A DNA stretch of 64,000 nt, from assembly GCA_017461055.1 (NCBI GenBank), contig JAFTZI010000056.1, forward strand, positions 19,175 through 83,174. The letters run 5' to 3'. Source of the stretch: Clostridia bacterium (GTDB lineage Bacteria; Bacillota; Clostridia; Oscillospirales; CAG-272). A program made the position numbers and the translations under genes. Positions 1-8,032 of the stretch are shown here, one piece after another. Below the pieces are notes generated by a model that was given only the letters and a program-made list of their open reading frames with translations, ran no database searches and was not told where the DNA came from. The number at the start of each line of letters is the position of its first letter. Position 1 is the first letter of the stretch.

Positions 1-1319
1 TATCTTGTGCCGACACCCGCCAAGCCTGCCATTGCCATTTTTACATTGGAATTTGCATTGATAACACCAACACCGCTGCCGGTAGGCGCTATAACTGTGT
101 TACAGTGACCGTCATATGCGCAGGATGTAAATGCTGCCAATTCATATGGAGAAAATCCGTCATTTCCTTCACCGTTTGGCTCATTTCCCGCCTCAATCCA
201 CTGAATTGTGTTTTGGTTAAATCTTAATTGAAGTCCGAGAACCTTAACTAAGTGCTTAGCATTTTCTTTTGTATAATCCTTGTTATAGCCAAATCTTAAT
301 GCTGTCTGGTACATAAATTCACCGTACATTACATACGATTCGGGCTTTACGTAATCGCTAAGGCTTGTTAGATTAAAATCAGATGCGCCGAACATAAAGC
401 AAGGAACAGGTCTGACTTCAAATAATGCGCTTGTCAAATTTTTGTAGATAGCATCGTACAAGCCTGACATAACGGTTGTATAGGTTGTTCCGGGAGCCTC
501 GGGGTAAGAGGATCTCTCAAAGCACCATAGCCAGTTAATGTAATCTCTGAAGTAGGAAGCGCACTTAAGCGTAGAGCTTCTGTCCGCTTGGTTACCGTTT
601 ATGCCAAGGAAGTAATCAAAATCCTTGTACTCGTGCTTTTCTGTATTGACGGGGTCATATTTTCCGGTTCTTATACCGTAGAAAACAAGCTCGCTTGGGG
701 CCTGACCGTTGTTGAATTTAACATTAATGTATCTTGTCTGCTTTTTAATGTCAACACTTGCCCAGCTCATGCTTTCACAGGTGTATGTAACGGTATTGTC
801 ATACTTAAAGGGTTCACCCGTTTCAAAGGTAATGGAATCACCCGCAGCCTCGAAGAAAACATAAATGCTGTCAACATAATGCTCAGCACCTAAATCAACA
901 GTAACCTCATATATGTGCTCACGGTCAGCGCTGTTTACATCACCGTTTCCGTCAGCATCATAAACAGGAACAAATGAAACAGGGAAAACAGGAAACTCGC
1001 CGTCTTCCATGTCAGCGCGCGGATCTTTAACAAAGTCCTGCTCGTCAAAAATTGGGGAAAAGTCCTTTAAAGATGTGCCGACATATGTCATTGTCTTATA
1101 ATCAACAGTTAGCTTAACGGCATCCTCGGAGTCAAAGGGACCGGTTGGTAGCTTTTCTTCCTCATCACCGTCCTCTACATCATCGCTTGCTGTGTTGCTT
1201 GATGAGGTAGACGGTGGGTTGTTATTCGGCTCCTCATCGTCATTACAAGCTACAACAATAAAGCATAAGGAAAGAACAAGGAGCATCGATACAATTAGTC
1301 CAAGTATATTCTTCTTCAT
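1..1319 (-). CDS. Cell-surface lipoprotein with a discoidin-like region and a clan GH-A-type glycoside hydrolase region. Only the N-terminal 439 codons are present; the gene continues past the left window edge.
   Basis: Absent from the ORF track because it is open at the edge. I checked every in-frame triplet from the ATG (complement of 1317-1319) down to base 3 and found no stop. GGAGG RBS at 1326-1330. N-terminus MKKNILGLIVSMLLVLSLCFIVVAC/NDDEEPNNNPPSTSSS is a signal peptide plus lipobox Cys. Near the left end it reads IQWIEAGNEPNGEGNDGF (NEP is the complement of 177-185), the acid/base Glu motif typical of clan GH-A hydrolases. Confidence 0.65.
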   Translation of the reverse strand, partial: MKKNILGLIVSMLLVLSLCFIVVACNDDEEPNNNPPSTSSSNTASDDVEDGDEEEKLPTGPFDSEDAVKLTVDYKTMTYVGTSLKDFSPIFDEQDFVKDPRADMEDGEFPVFPVSFVPVYDADGNGDVNSADREHIYEVTVDLGAEHYVDSIYVFFEAAGDSITFETGEPFKYDNTVTYTCESMSWASVDIKKQTRYINVKFNNGQAPSELVFYGIRTGKYDPVNTEKHEYKDFDYFLGINGNQADRSSTLKCASYFRDYINWLWCFERSSYPEAPGTTYTTVMSGLYDAIYKNLTSALFEVRPVPCFMFGASDFNLTSLSDYVKPESYVMYGEFMYQTALRFGYNKDYTKENAKHLVKVLGLQLRFNQNTIQWIEAGNEPNGEGNDGFSPYELAAFTSCAYDGHCNTVIAPTGSGVGVINANSNVKMAMAGLAGVGTR

Positions 1320-1355
1320 TTAAAGCCTCCTATATATAAAATATAGCTTATGTTA

Positions 1356-1384
1356 AGTATACCCTATATTTAATGAAAAGTCAA
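1356..1384 (-). promoter_or_regulatory. Putative sigma-A promoter of the 1-1319 lipoprotein gene
   Basis: Minus strand TTGACT (1384-1379), 17 nt, TATACT (1361-1356), about 37 nt upstream of the ATG. Confidence 0.4.
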
Positions 1385-1449
1385 TAAAAAAGCAACTATT
1401 TTAACATAATAATTTGATAAATTTCACCAAAGGCGCATATGATAATAGG

Positions 1450-1478
1450 TTGACAAGAAAGAAGAAAAGTAGTATAAT
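1450..1478 (+). promoter_or_regulatory. Putative sigma-A promoter of the GT2 gene
   Basis: Perfect consensus TTGACA (1450-1455), 17 nt, TATAAT (1473-1478), 30 nt upstream of the ATG at 1508. Confidence 0.5.
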
Positions 1479-1507
1479 AAAATGAAACAACCAAAAGGAG
1501 AGAAAAA

Positions 1508-2740
1508 ATGAAATTAAGCGTAATAATTTGTCTATACAACACAAACAAGGAATATTTTGAAAAATGCTTAAACAGTGTATGCACCTCAACTCTTAAGGAT
1601 TTTGAGGTTATAGTAATTGATGACGGATCAAGCATTGACTATAGCGAAATTATAGAAAAGTACCACCCTGTGTACGTAAAAACAAATAACAGAGGACATT
1701 TAGCTGCAAGAACCTATGGCTTAATGCTTGCAAAGGGTGAATATATTACATATGTTGATTCCGATGATTCGGTGACCTTTAATTACCATATGCCGATGGT
1801 TGATGTAGCAATTAAGGAAAATGCAGATATTATTATAAATGACTGGGCGTTTAAAACAGCCTCGGCAATTGCGTCCTGCAAAAGCGATACAACAATATCT
1901 GGAAATTTGGTATTGGAGGGCGACGGAATTTTAAAGCAGTATGCCTTACATCAGGGCAGACAGCATTCATACTACGTTTTGTGGAATAAGGTGTTTAAAA
2001 GGGAGCTCTTGCTCAAAGCCAAGGCGGAGATTGAAAAGACAGATGCCATTATGAAAAAAATGACATATTCGGAGGATGTGATAATCACATTTTTCGCCTT
2101 CAAGTATGCCAAAAAACTAAGAAATATTCACACAGGGTACTACTTTTACAATGTTCATAACGGTCAAACTATAGTTGCAGACACAAGCGAAAAAATCAAA
2201 GGTCAAATTGATATGACAAACAAAAGCTTTGATATTATGCTTAATAATATCGGAGCAAACGCATACGCCGACGAAATTAAAGAAAACATTATCGCTTGGA
2301 AGGAACTGATGTCAAGAGCTCATTATTCTTACGCAAAAGCGCAAGGAGATAAGGAGCTATGCCAATACGTAAAGGAAAGCTACAATGTGGAAAAATTGAC
2401 AGCTGCCAAGGCTAAGGACAGCTTCGATTATATTGCATCGGATTTGCTCGGAGATAACCTGGAGGGAATAGATACAATTTTCAGATGGATTTGCAAAAAA
2501 GGCAGGGACGTGTCTGTAAATTACGATAAAGGCGATGAATATATTGCCAAGTGTATCGGCTATCTTGCTCAAAAGGAGGGCATTAAAATAACCTTCTCCA
2601 AAAATGCGGAAATCACCATTCCAAAAAGGACAAGCTCACTTAAAAACAAGCTTTTCCACAGTAAGCTTGCATATACAGTCGGCTTAACATTATTTCCAAA
2701 GGGCTCGCCTCTCAGAAAGGCGTTAAAAAACAACTTGTAA
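1508..2740 (+). CDS. Family 2 glycosyltransferase (GT-A fold)
   Basis: 410-aa ORF with AAGGAG RBS 8 nt upstream. N-terminus MKLSVIICLYNTNKEYFEKCLNSVCTSTLKDFEVIVIDDGSS...YVDSDD is the classic GT2 signature (DDGS, DxD). Confidence 0.85.
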   Translation: MKLSVIICLYNTNKEYFEKCLNSVCTSTLKDFEVIVIDDGSSIDYSEIIEKYHPVYVKTNNRGHLAARTYGLMLAKGEYITYVDSDDSVTFNYHMPMVDVAIKENADIIINDWAFKTASAIASCKSDTTISGNLVLEGDGILKQYALHQGRQHSYYVLWNKVFKRELLLKAKAEIEKTDAIMKKMTYSEDVIITFFAFKYAKKLRNIHTGYYFYNVHNGQTIVADTSEKIKGQIDMTNKSFDIMLNNIGANAYADEIKENIIAWKELMSRAHYSYAKAQGDKELCQYVKESYNVEKLTAAKAKDSFDYIASDLLGDNLEGIDTIFRWICKKGRDVSVNYDKGDEYIAKCIGYLAQKEGIKITFSKNAEITIPKRTSSLKNKLFHSKLAYTVGLTLFPKGSPLRKALKNNL

Positions 2741-2804
2741 TATAAATTATTTATGAACAGTGTGTTACTCTTTTAGCAAACTAAAATATTTTGCTTGGAT
2801 TCTA

Positions 2805-2833
2805 TTGATTTTTTGTTGCTTTTATGGTATCAT
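2805..2833 (+). promoter_or_regulatory. Putative promoter of the 2879-6154 lipoprotein gene
   Basis: TTGATT (2805-2810), 17 nt, TATCAT (2828-2833), with a TG two bases upstream of the -10. Confidence 0.35.
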
Positions 2834-2878
2834 ACTACGTGGTTTAATTTAAGCTTAAATTTATTAAGGAGAAATAAT

Positions 2879-5800
2879 ATGGAAAGAACCAAGAGATTGT
2901 TGTCCTTGTTGCTTGCCCTTGTGTTTGTTTTTATCACAGTGGCAACTATGGTATCCTGCGGCGATGAAGAGAATCCTACACCAAACAGCTCTTCCACACC
3001 GCCTGTAACCTCATCAAGCAACGACAACGGTAACAATGACAACACGGATGATGAAAATAATAATCCGGGAGACAGTACAGAGGGAGAAAAGTCAAGCTAT
3101 ACTGTTAAAATTACTGACAAAAATACAGGCAAGCCTATTTCGGGAGTAAGCGTATTCCTGCAAGAAGAGGCAAGCATGACAGCTGTTATGTACGCAAGAG
3201 GAACAACTGACGAAAACGGTATAGTTGTTCTCAGCGCTGAGCCAAAGCACGCAAAGTACGTGTATGTTGAAGGCTTCCCAAAGGGCTATGTTTATGATGA
3301 TTTCTATGCACTCAACGCAACAGGTGTTGAAATTAAGGTAGGTACTCAAGTCATTGCAAATGACGGTAACTTCAACGGAAAGACCGTTGCTTTAGGCGAT
3401 GCTATGTATGACTTTACCTTGAATACCTTCTCATACGACAAGGAAACCGAATCCTTCGTATCAAAGGAAATTAAGCTTTCAGAGCTTTTTGCAAGCGGTA
3501 AAAAGGCTGTAATGCTTAACTTCTGGTACACAACCTGTACTTACTGTATTGAAGAATTCCCATACATCCAACAGGCTTATGAGCAATATGGCGAGGATTT
3601 GGAGATTATTGCCATTAATGCTTACGGCGATACAGAGGATGACTGTAAGAGCTTCTTGGAGTCCTTTGCACAGGGCGGCTATTATACAGAAGAGCCATGC
3701 CCACTCACCTTCTCATTTGCTCTCGACGCACTTGGTATTCAGGACGCATTCGGCTTTACAGTTAACCCATGCTCGGTTATTATTGACCGCTATGGAGTTG
3801 TGTCTATGATACAGGTCGGCGGTGTACTTGGTCCAAGATACTTTACAAATGCCTTTGACCATTATGTAGCAACCGACTATGAGCAAGGCTTGTACTCATC
3901 AATTTATGACTTAACTCCTGTACTTAAGCCTGACGTTGAAATGTCAGATGAAAGTGAAATTAAGGATGCTACCGTAGTAGGTGACATTACAATCTCCTTC
4001 AGACCCGAGGACGGTGAGGATGGAGAATACGCTTGGCCATTCGTTGTAAAGGGTGAGGGCGATGAAAAATATCTTGAAACGACAAACGTTGATATTGATA
4101 ACTCCTTTGCAATCCTTTACGCAGATGTTGAGTTGAAGGCAGGTCAAGCAATTATGTTTGATTATTTTGTATCATCGCAAAGACTTTACGATGTTCTTTA
4201 CGTTTTAGTTAACGGAAAGGACATTTACACAATTTCAGGAAGACCTCTTGAGGATGATGAAGGTAACTTCTTAGAGGATACATGGCAAAGCTGCTGTCCT
4301 TGGGTTGCAGAGGAAGACGGAATATATGAGGTTGCCTTCTGCTACGTTAAGGATGAAAGCGAAAAGGATGGCGACGACGTTGCCCGCCTTGATAACTTTA
4401 AAGTAGTTAACGAAAACGAAATCAATATCGAAACCTACATTCCAAGATATGCGGCACAGGGCCTTAGGGATGATAACACCTTCGAGCATTATGTTGATGT
4501 TGTATATAATGAAGAGGATGGCTACTATCACGTAGGTGAAAAGGGCGGCCCGCTTCTTTTGGCTGGACTTATTGGCGTTAATACACAGTTCTCCTTGAAA
4601 ATGGAAGAGGAGGACAGATACACAGTAGTAATCAAGCTGTCTCAGGATGGAAAGTTTGTCGTTAACGGTGAAGACAAATATACTCCTTTCATTATGTATT
4701 GTAACTATGCTTCCAATTCTCAGCTTTATGGCTACTGCCCTGTAACAGAGGAGCTAAAGGGCTACCTTGAGGAGTTTGTAAGACAAAACGACTTTATTAC
4801 AGACGAAAATTCTTGGCTTCAGCTCTGTGCATATTATGATTCTTACGGAACCGATAAAGAGCTTGAAGACCCGATAAAAGGACTTGCAACCTTCTCAGCT
4901 TTTGATGCTATTGAAACACAAGAGGGCGAAGAGGGCTTTAAGAATACAGTAACATATACACAAATTCTTATGCCAAGAGGTAAGCTTTACAAGTTCGTAC
5001 CTACAAAATCAGGTGTATATCGTATAACATCTAAGTCCTCACAGGAGGTTGACGGATGGATATTCGTAGGCGACCATAATCAATGGAATAATGAGAACAA
5101 TGGCGACAGAGTTCTTTTTGACGATTCTGTAATCGGCGAAAGATACTGTCCTGAGCTGCTTATCGACCCTGACGGAGACGGAAAGCTTGAAAGAGACTTA
5201 AAAAACTGCTCTATGATAGCATACTTTGAAGAGGGCGTAGAGTACTATATCGCTATCGGTTACTATGATGTATACGGCGCAGGCACATTTACCTTTGACC
5301 TTAAGTATGTAGGCGAGGAGTTTAATAAGTTTGAGGAAGCATCCATAGGCGCATTCACATATGATTTGGAAACTATGGATACAATAACAGGCGGTATTAA
5401 CGTTAAGCTTTGCGAGGACGAAAGCGACCCAAGATACGGTTACTATTGCCACTTGCTTCCAAACGGTGAGCTTGGCTCAATTTTGTATGCAGATTTCCAC
5501 TATACAACAAATATTTTCCCATCACAGTCAATAACTCAGCTTATTGAAAACAATGGCTTTAACTTTGGATGGACAGCAACCGACCACGAGGCTTATGTTT
5601 ACTATAAGAACTACTATGAAAAGGACGGTTACGAGGCACTTGAAAAGCTTTGGAAGAGCGACTTTGAAGCAAATTGGGAGCTTTACAAAATGGATGATAT
5701 AATCAATGGCATTTATCACGGCAAGGGTTCCGACCTTACTGACGAGGCAAGAAAATATCTTGACAAAATCGAGGACGGAACAGACGGTGTTAGCAATGAG

Positions 5801-6154
5801 ATGATTTATCCTGAGCGTCAGGGCTGTGTTCCTGTTGATGCAAAGCTTGCAGAATTACTCCAAGCTCTTATGGACAAATTCTCATTCTCAGGAATTGACC
5901 ATTCCTGGACAAAGCTCTGCTACTACTATAAGTCACTTGAAGCGCCTGCAAGCTCAGAGGAAAAGCTTGCACAGCTTGAAAGCATGATAGACAATGCTAC
6001 TATTTCAAGCTCTGACATTAAGGCGGAAATAGACGAAATTGTTGAGGAGCTTATGGCAGCATTGGAAAATTGGACTGTTGAAACAGTGAGAAGAAACCTT
6101 ATTGATGATGCTATGTCAGAAATCTATGAGCTAATCGAGGCTGACGCAGAATAA
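2879..6154 (+). CDS. Very large lipoprotein (1091 aa) with a carboxypeptidase-regulatory-like beta-sandwich, an embedded thioredoxin-fold (TlpA/redoxin-like, CxxC) domain and further beta-rich domains
   Basis: The track ORF starts at 2795. The internal ATG at 2879 has an AAGGAG RBS (2867-2872) and gives MERTKRLLSLLLALVFVFITVATMVSC/GDEENPTPNSSSTPP (lipobox). KAVMLNFWYTTCTYCIEEFPYIQQAYEQYGEDLEIIAINAY is a redoxin fold with CTYC at 3536-3547. YTVKITDKNTGKPISGVSVFLQ...TTDENGIVVL resembles a CarboxypepD_reg-like repeat. Confidence 0.8.
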   Translation: MERTKRLLSLLLALVFVFITVATMVSCGDEENPTPNSSSTPPVTSSSNDNGNNDNTDDENNNPGDSTEGEKSSYTVKITDKNTGKPISGVSVFLQEEASMTAVMYARGTTDENGIVVLSAEPKHAKYVYVEGFPKGYVYDDFYALNATGVEIKVGTQVIANDGNFNGKTVALGDAMYDFTLNTFSYDKETESFVSKEIKLSELFASGKKAVMLNFWYTTCTYCIEEFPYIQQAYEQYGEDLEIIAINAYGDTEDDCKSFLESFAQGGYYTEEPCPLTFSFALDALGIQDAFGFTVNPCSVIIDRYGVVSMIQVGGVLGPRYFTNAFDHYVATDYEQGLYSSIYDLTPVLKPDVEMSDESEIKDATVVGDITISFRPEDGEDGEYAWPFVVKGEGDEKYLETTNVDIDNSFAILYADVELKAGQAIMFDYFVSSQRLYDVLYVLVNGKDIYTISGRPLEDDEGNFLEDTWQSCCPWVAEEDGIYEVAFCYVKDESEKDGDDVARLDNFKVVNENEINIETYIPRYAAQGLRDDNTFEHYVDVVYNEEDGYYHVGEKGGPLLLAGLIGVNTQFSLKMEEEDRYTVVIKLSQDGKFVVNGEDKYTPFIMYCNYASNSQLYGYCPVTEELKGYLEEFVRQNDFITDENSWLQLCAYYDSYGTDKELEDPIKGLATFSAFDAIETQEGEEGFKNTVTYTQILMPRGKLYKFVPTKSGVYRITSKSSQEVDGWIFVGDHNQWNNENNGDRVLFDDSVIGERYCPELLIDPDGDGKLERDLKNCSMIAYFEEGVEYYIAIGYYDVYGAGTFTFDLKYVGEEFNKFEEASIGAFTYDLETMDTITGGINVKLCEDESDPRYGYYCHLLPNGELGSILYADFHYTTNIFPSQSITQLIENNGFNFGWTATDHEAYVYYKNYYEKDGYEALEKLWKSDFEANWELYKMDDIINGIYHGKGSDLTDEARKYLDKIEDGTDGVSNEMIYPERQGCVPVDAKLAELLQALMDKFSFSGIDHSWTKLCYYYKSLEAPASSEEKLAQLESMIDNATISSSDIKAEIDEIVEELMAALENWTVETVRRNLIDDAMSEIYELIEADAE

Positions 6155-6169
6155 GAGGCTTAATTATGT

Positions 6170-6199
6170 GCGGTAAGGTTACGCCTTACCGCATTTGCT
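6170..6199 (+). terminator. Weak or partial intrinsic terminator
   Basis: GCGGTAAGG (6170-6178), ttacg, CCTTACCGC (6184-6192), followed by atttgctt (poor U-tract). The next gene starts 25 nt later, so read-through is likely. Confidence 0.4.
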
Positions 6200-6223
6200 T
6201 AATAAAATTAATCGGAGAATGCT

Positions 6224-7897
6224 ATGAAAAAATTATTTAAGAAGATAGCACTTTTATGCTTGATAATAGGAGCAATATTGACAGTATGCTCCTGTGATAA
6301 CGAAGAAACTCCCGAACCAACACCTACTACTCCTACATCATCATCTACAATAGACTCAGGCAACAACGGTAATGTGGATGACAACGAAAAGGAAGAGCCT
6401 GAGATTGTTGATTACAAGATAATGGCGGTTGATGCCTTTGGAAATAACATAAGCGCAGTTGTTGAAATGTTTAAGGATGGAGAAAGCTTAGGCGAAATGC
6501 CAACAAGACAGGGCATTGCTACCTTCAGACAGGAAAAGGGAGATTACACCTTTGAAATTGAGCCATTACAGGGCGAGTACTACTGTGATGTAAACGAGTG
6601 CATATTAAGTAGTGATGTGACAGAAAAAACAGTTACCCTTTATGCTTACGCAGATAGCTCCAATAAGCAAGAAATATGGGTATTTGACGAAACAATAGAG
6701 GAGCACATTCCGTATGAGTCAGTTTCTGTTTCAGAGGGTGGAATGTATGTAAATATTGATCGTCCCGCGCTTACATATTTCATTTTTACCCCGACACGTG
6801 GCGGTATTTACAAATTCAGCTGCGTATCAGACAAGAAGGTAACCTTTGGCTATTACGGTTCGCCGCATAACGTTTTAAAGGACTGTCCAATTGATGTTAC
6901 CGAGGACTCAACCTTTGAAATAGAGATTAAGGACGGTAGCGTAGCTATTGGAAATCAAGGCGGTACATCACAATATGTTATTGGTGTACGTACCTTTGCT
7001 ACTAAAAACTGCATAATTAAAATTGAACGTATTGGAAACGCAACTGTTGACCTTGAATGGACAGATGTTCACGCAAATAGAAATGAAACCAAAAAGGACA
7101 ACTATCTCAATAGCGAATTTGTGGATTTTGATGTTACAAATCCTGATTTAAAGGTAGTGTTTAATGAAAATGATGGCTATTATCACCTTAATACTGTTGA
7201 CGGCCCACTTGTTTATTTAAGAATATCAACTGCGGTTATTAAAGGAACAATAGTAGAGGGCGAAGCAGAGTACACTGAGTATAAGTACTTAGCGCCATTT
7301 ACAGTAATGTGTGAAACCGGCAGACTTGGAAAAATATACTACGACGACAACGGAAAGATAGTTTTAAAGGAATGCTATAACGAGATGTTTAAGGAATACG
7401 CCCAGCTTTGCGGTACTAAGGGTGTATATCCTTTAAATAAACAGCTTGAAGAGGCAATCAAAAACATAGGCACTCAAGAGGGCTGGTTTGACCTTGATAG
7501 TGAATCTAACCTTTGCTTTAAGGACGATACTTCGAGTGTAGTTGAAGAAAACGCTTGGTTGTTTGCTTGCTGCTATGAAAATATGCAAGCGCTTGGCACT
7601 TCTGAAAGACCGGCTCCTATTACAGCAGGCGCACAGGATAACATTACAACAGAAGCAATTTTTGTGACAAAGGGCGAAGAGGTAACCTTAAGAACAATTA
7701 CAAAAGCAAAGCTAACGGTTAAAAATCCTGAGGGCGTTAAGATTATAGCAAACGGCGGAACAGAATATCAAGCTGATTCCGAGACAGGAAAGCTTGAGGT
7801 AATAATCAAGGCAAATCAAAACTTTGTGATTGTTTACGACGGTGAGGAAGCGGAAACAGCGGTTCGCTTCACCTTTGCCGAGTACTTTGGAGAATAA
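6224..7897 (+). CDS. Large lipoprotein (557 aa), paralogous in part to the 2879-6154 product
   Basis: MKKLFKKIALLCLIIGAILTVCSC/DNEETPEPTPTTPTSSS (lipobox). Shares NENDGYYHLNTVDGPL and NAWLFACCYEN motifs with NEEDGYYHVGEKGGPL and NSWLQLCAYYD / HSWTKLCYYYK of the upstream protein. GGAG RBS. Confidence 0.75.
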   Translation: MKKLFKKIALLCLIIGAILTVCSCDNEETPEPTPTTPTSSSTIDSGNNGNVDDNEKEEPEIVDYKIMAVDAFGNNISAVVEMFKDGESLGEMPTRQGIATFRQEKGDYTFEIEPLQGEYYCDVNECILSSDVTEKTVTLYAYADSSNKQEIWVFDETIEEHIPYESVSVSEGGMYVNIDRPALTYFIFTPTRGGIYKFSCVSDKKVTFGYYGSPHNVLKDCPIDVTEDSTFEIEIKDGSVAIGNQGGTSQYVIGVRTFATKNCIIKIERIGNATVDLEWTDVHANRNETKKDNYLNSEFVDFDVTNPDLKVVFNENDGYYHLNTVDGPLVYLRISTAVIKGTIVEGEAEYTEYKYLAPFTVMCETGRLGKIYYDDNGKIVLKECYNEMFKEYAQLCGTKGVYPLNKQLEEAIKNIGTQEGWFDLDSESNLCFKDDTSSVVEENAWLFACCYENMQALGTSERPAPITAGAQDNITTEAIFVTKGEEVTLRTITKAKLTVKNPEGVKIIANGGTEYQADSETGKLEVIIKANQNFVIVYDGEEAETAVRFTFAEYFGE

Positions 7898-7901
7898 AAT
7901 C

Positions 7902-7938
7902 AAAAATATTGCGGAAAGCCTTCCGCAATATTTTTTGG
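7902..7938 (+). terminator. Rho-independent terminator
   Basis: AAAAATATTGCGGAA (7902-7916), agcc, TTCCGCAATATTTTT (7921-7935), running into a T-tract. Confidence 0.7.
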
Positions 7939-7948
7939 TGTCAACGTA

Positions 7949-7977
7949 TTGCAATATAACTGAATAAATGTTATAAT
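7949..7977 (+). promoter_or_regulatory. Putative promoter of the 8033-10786 lipoprotein gene
   Basis: TTGCAA (7949-7954), 17 nt, TATAAT (7972-7977). Confidence 0.45.
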
Positions 7978-8032
7978 ATATGCGTAAATTGTGTAGCTTC
8001 AAAATGGGCTATACTGATTTTGGGAGGAATTT

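Noticed and set aside
2795-2878. N-terminal extensions of several track ORFs (2795, 14427, 33696, 35260, 37521, 39877, 48398, 50414, 55257, 56218, 60284)
   Set aside because: In each case an internal ATG preceded by a good RBS starts a signal peptide or the conserved family N-terminus. The extension runs through promoter or intergenic sequence or overlaps the upstream gene.
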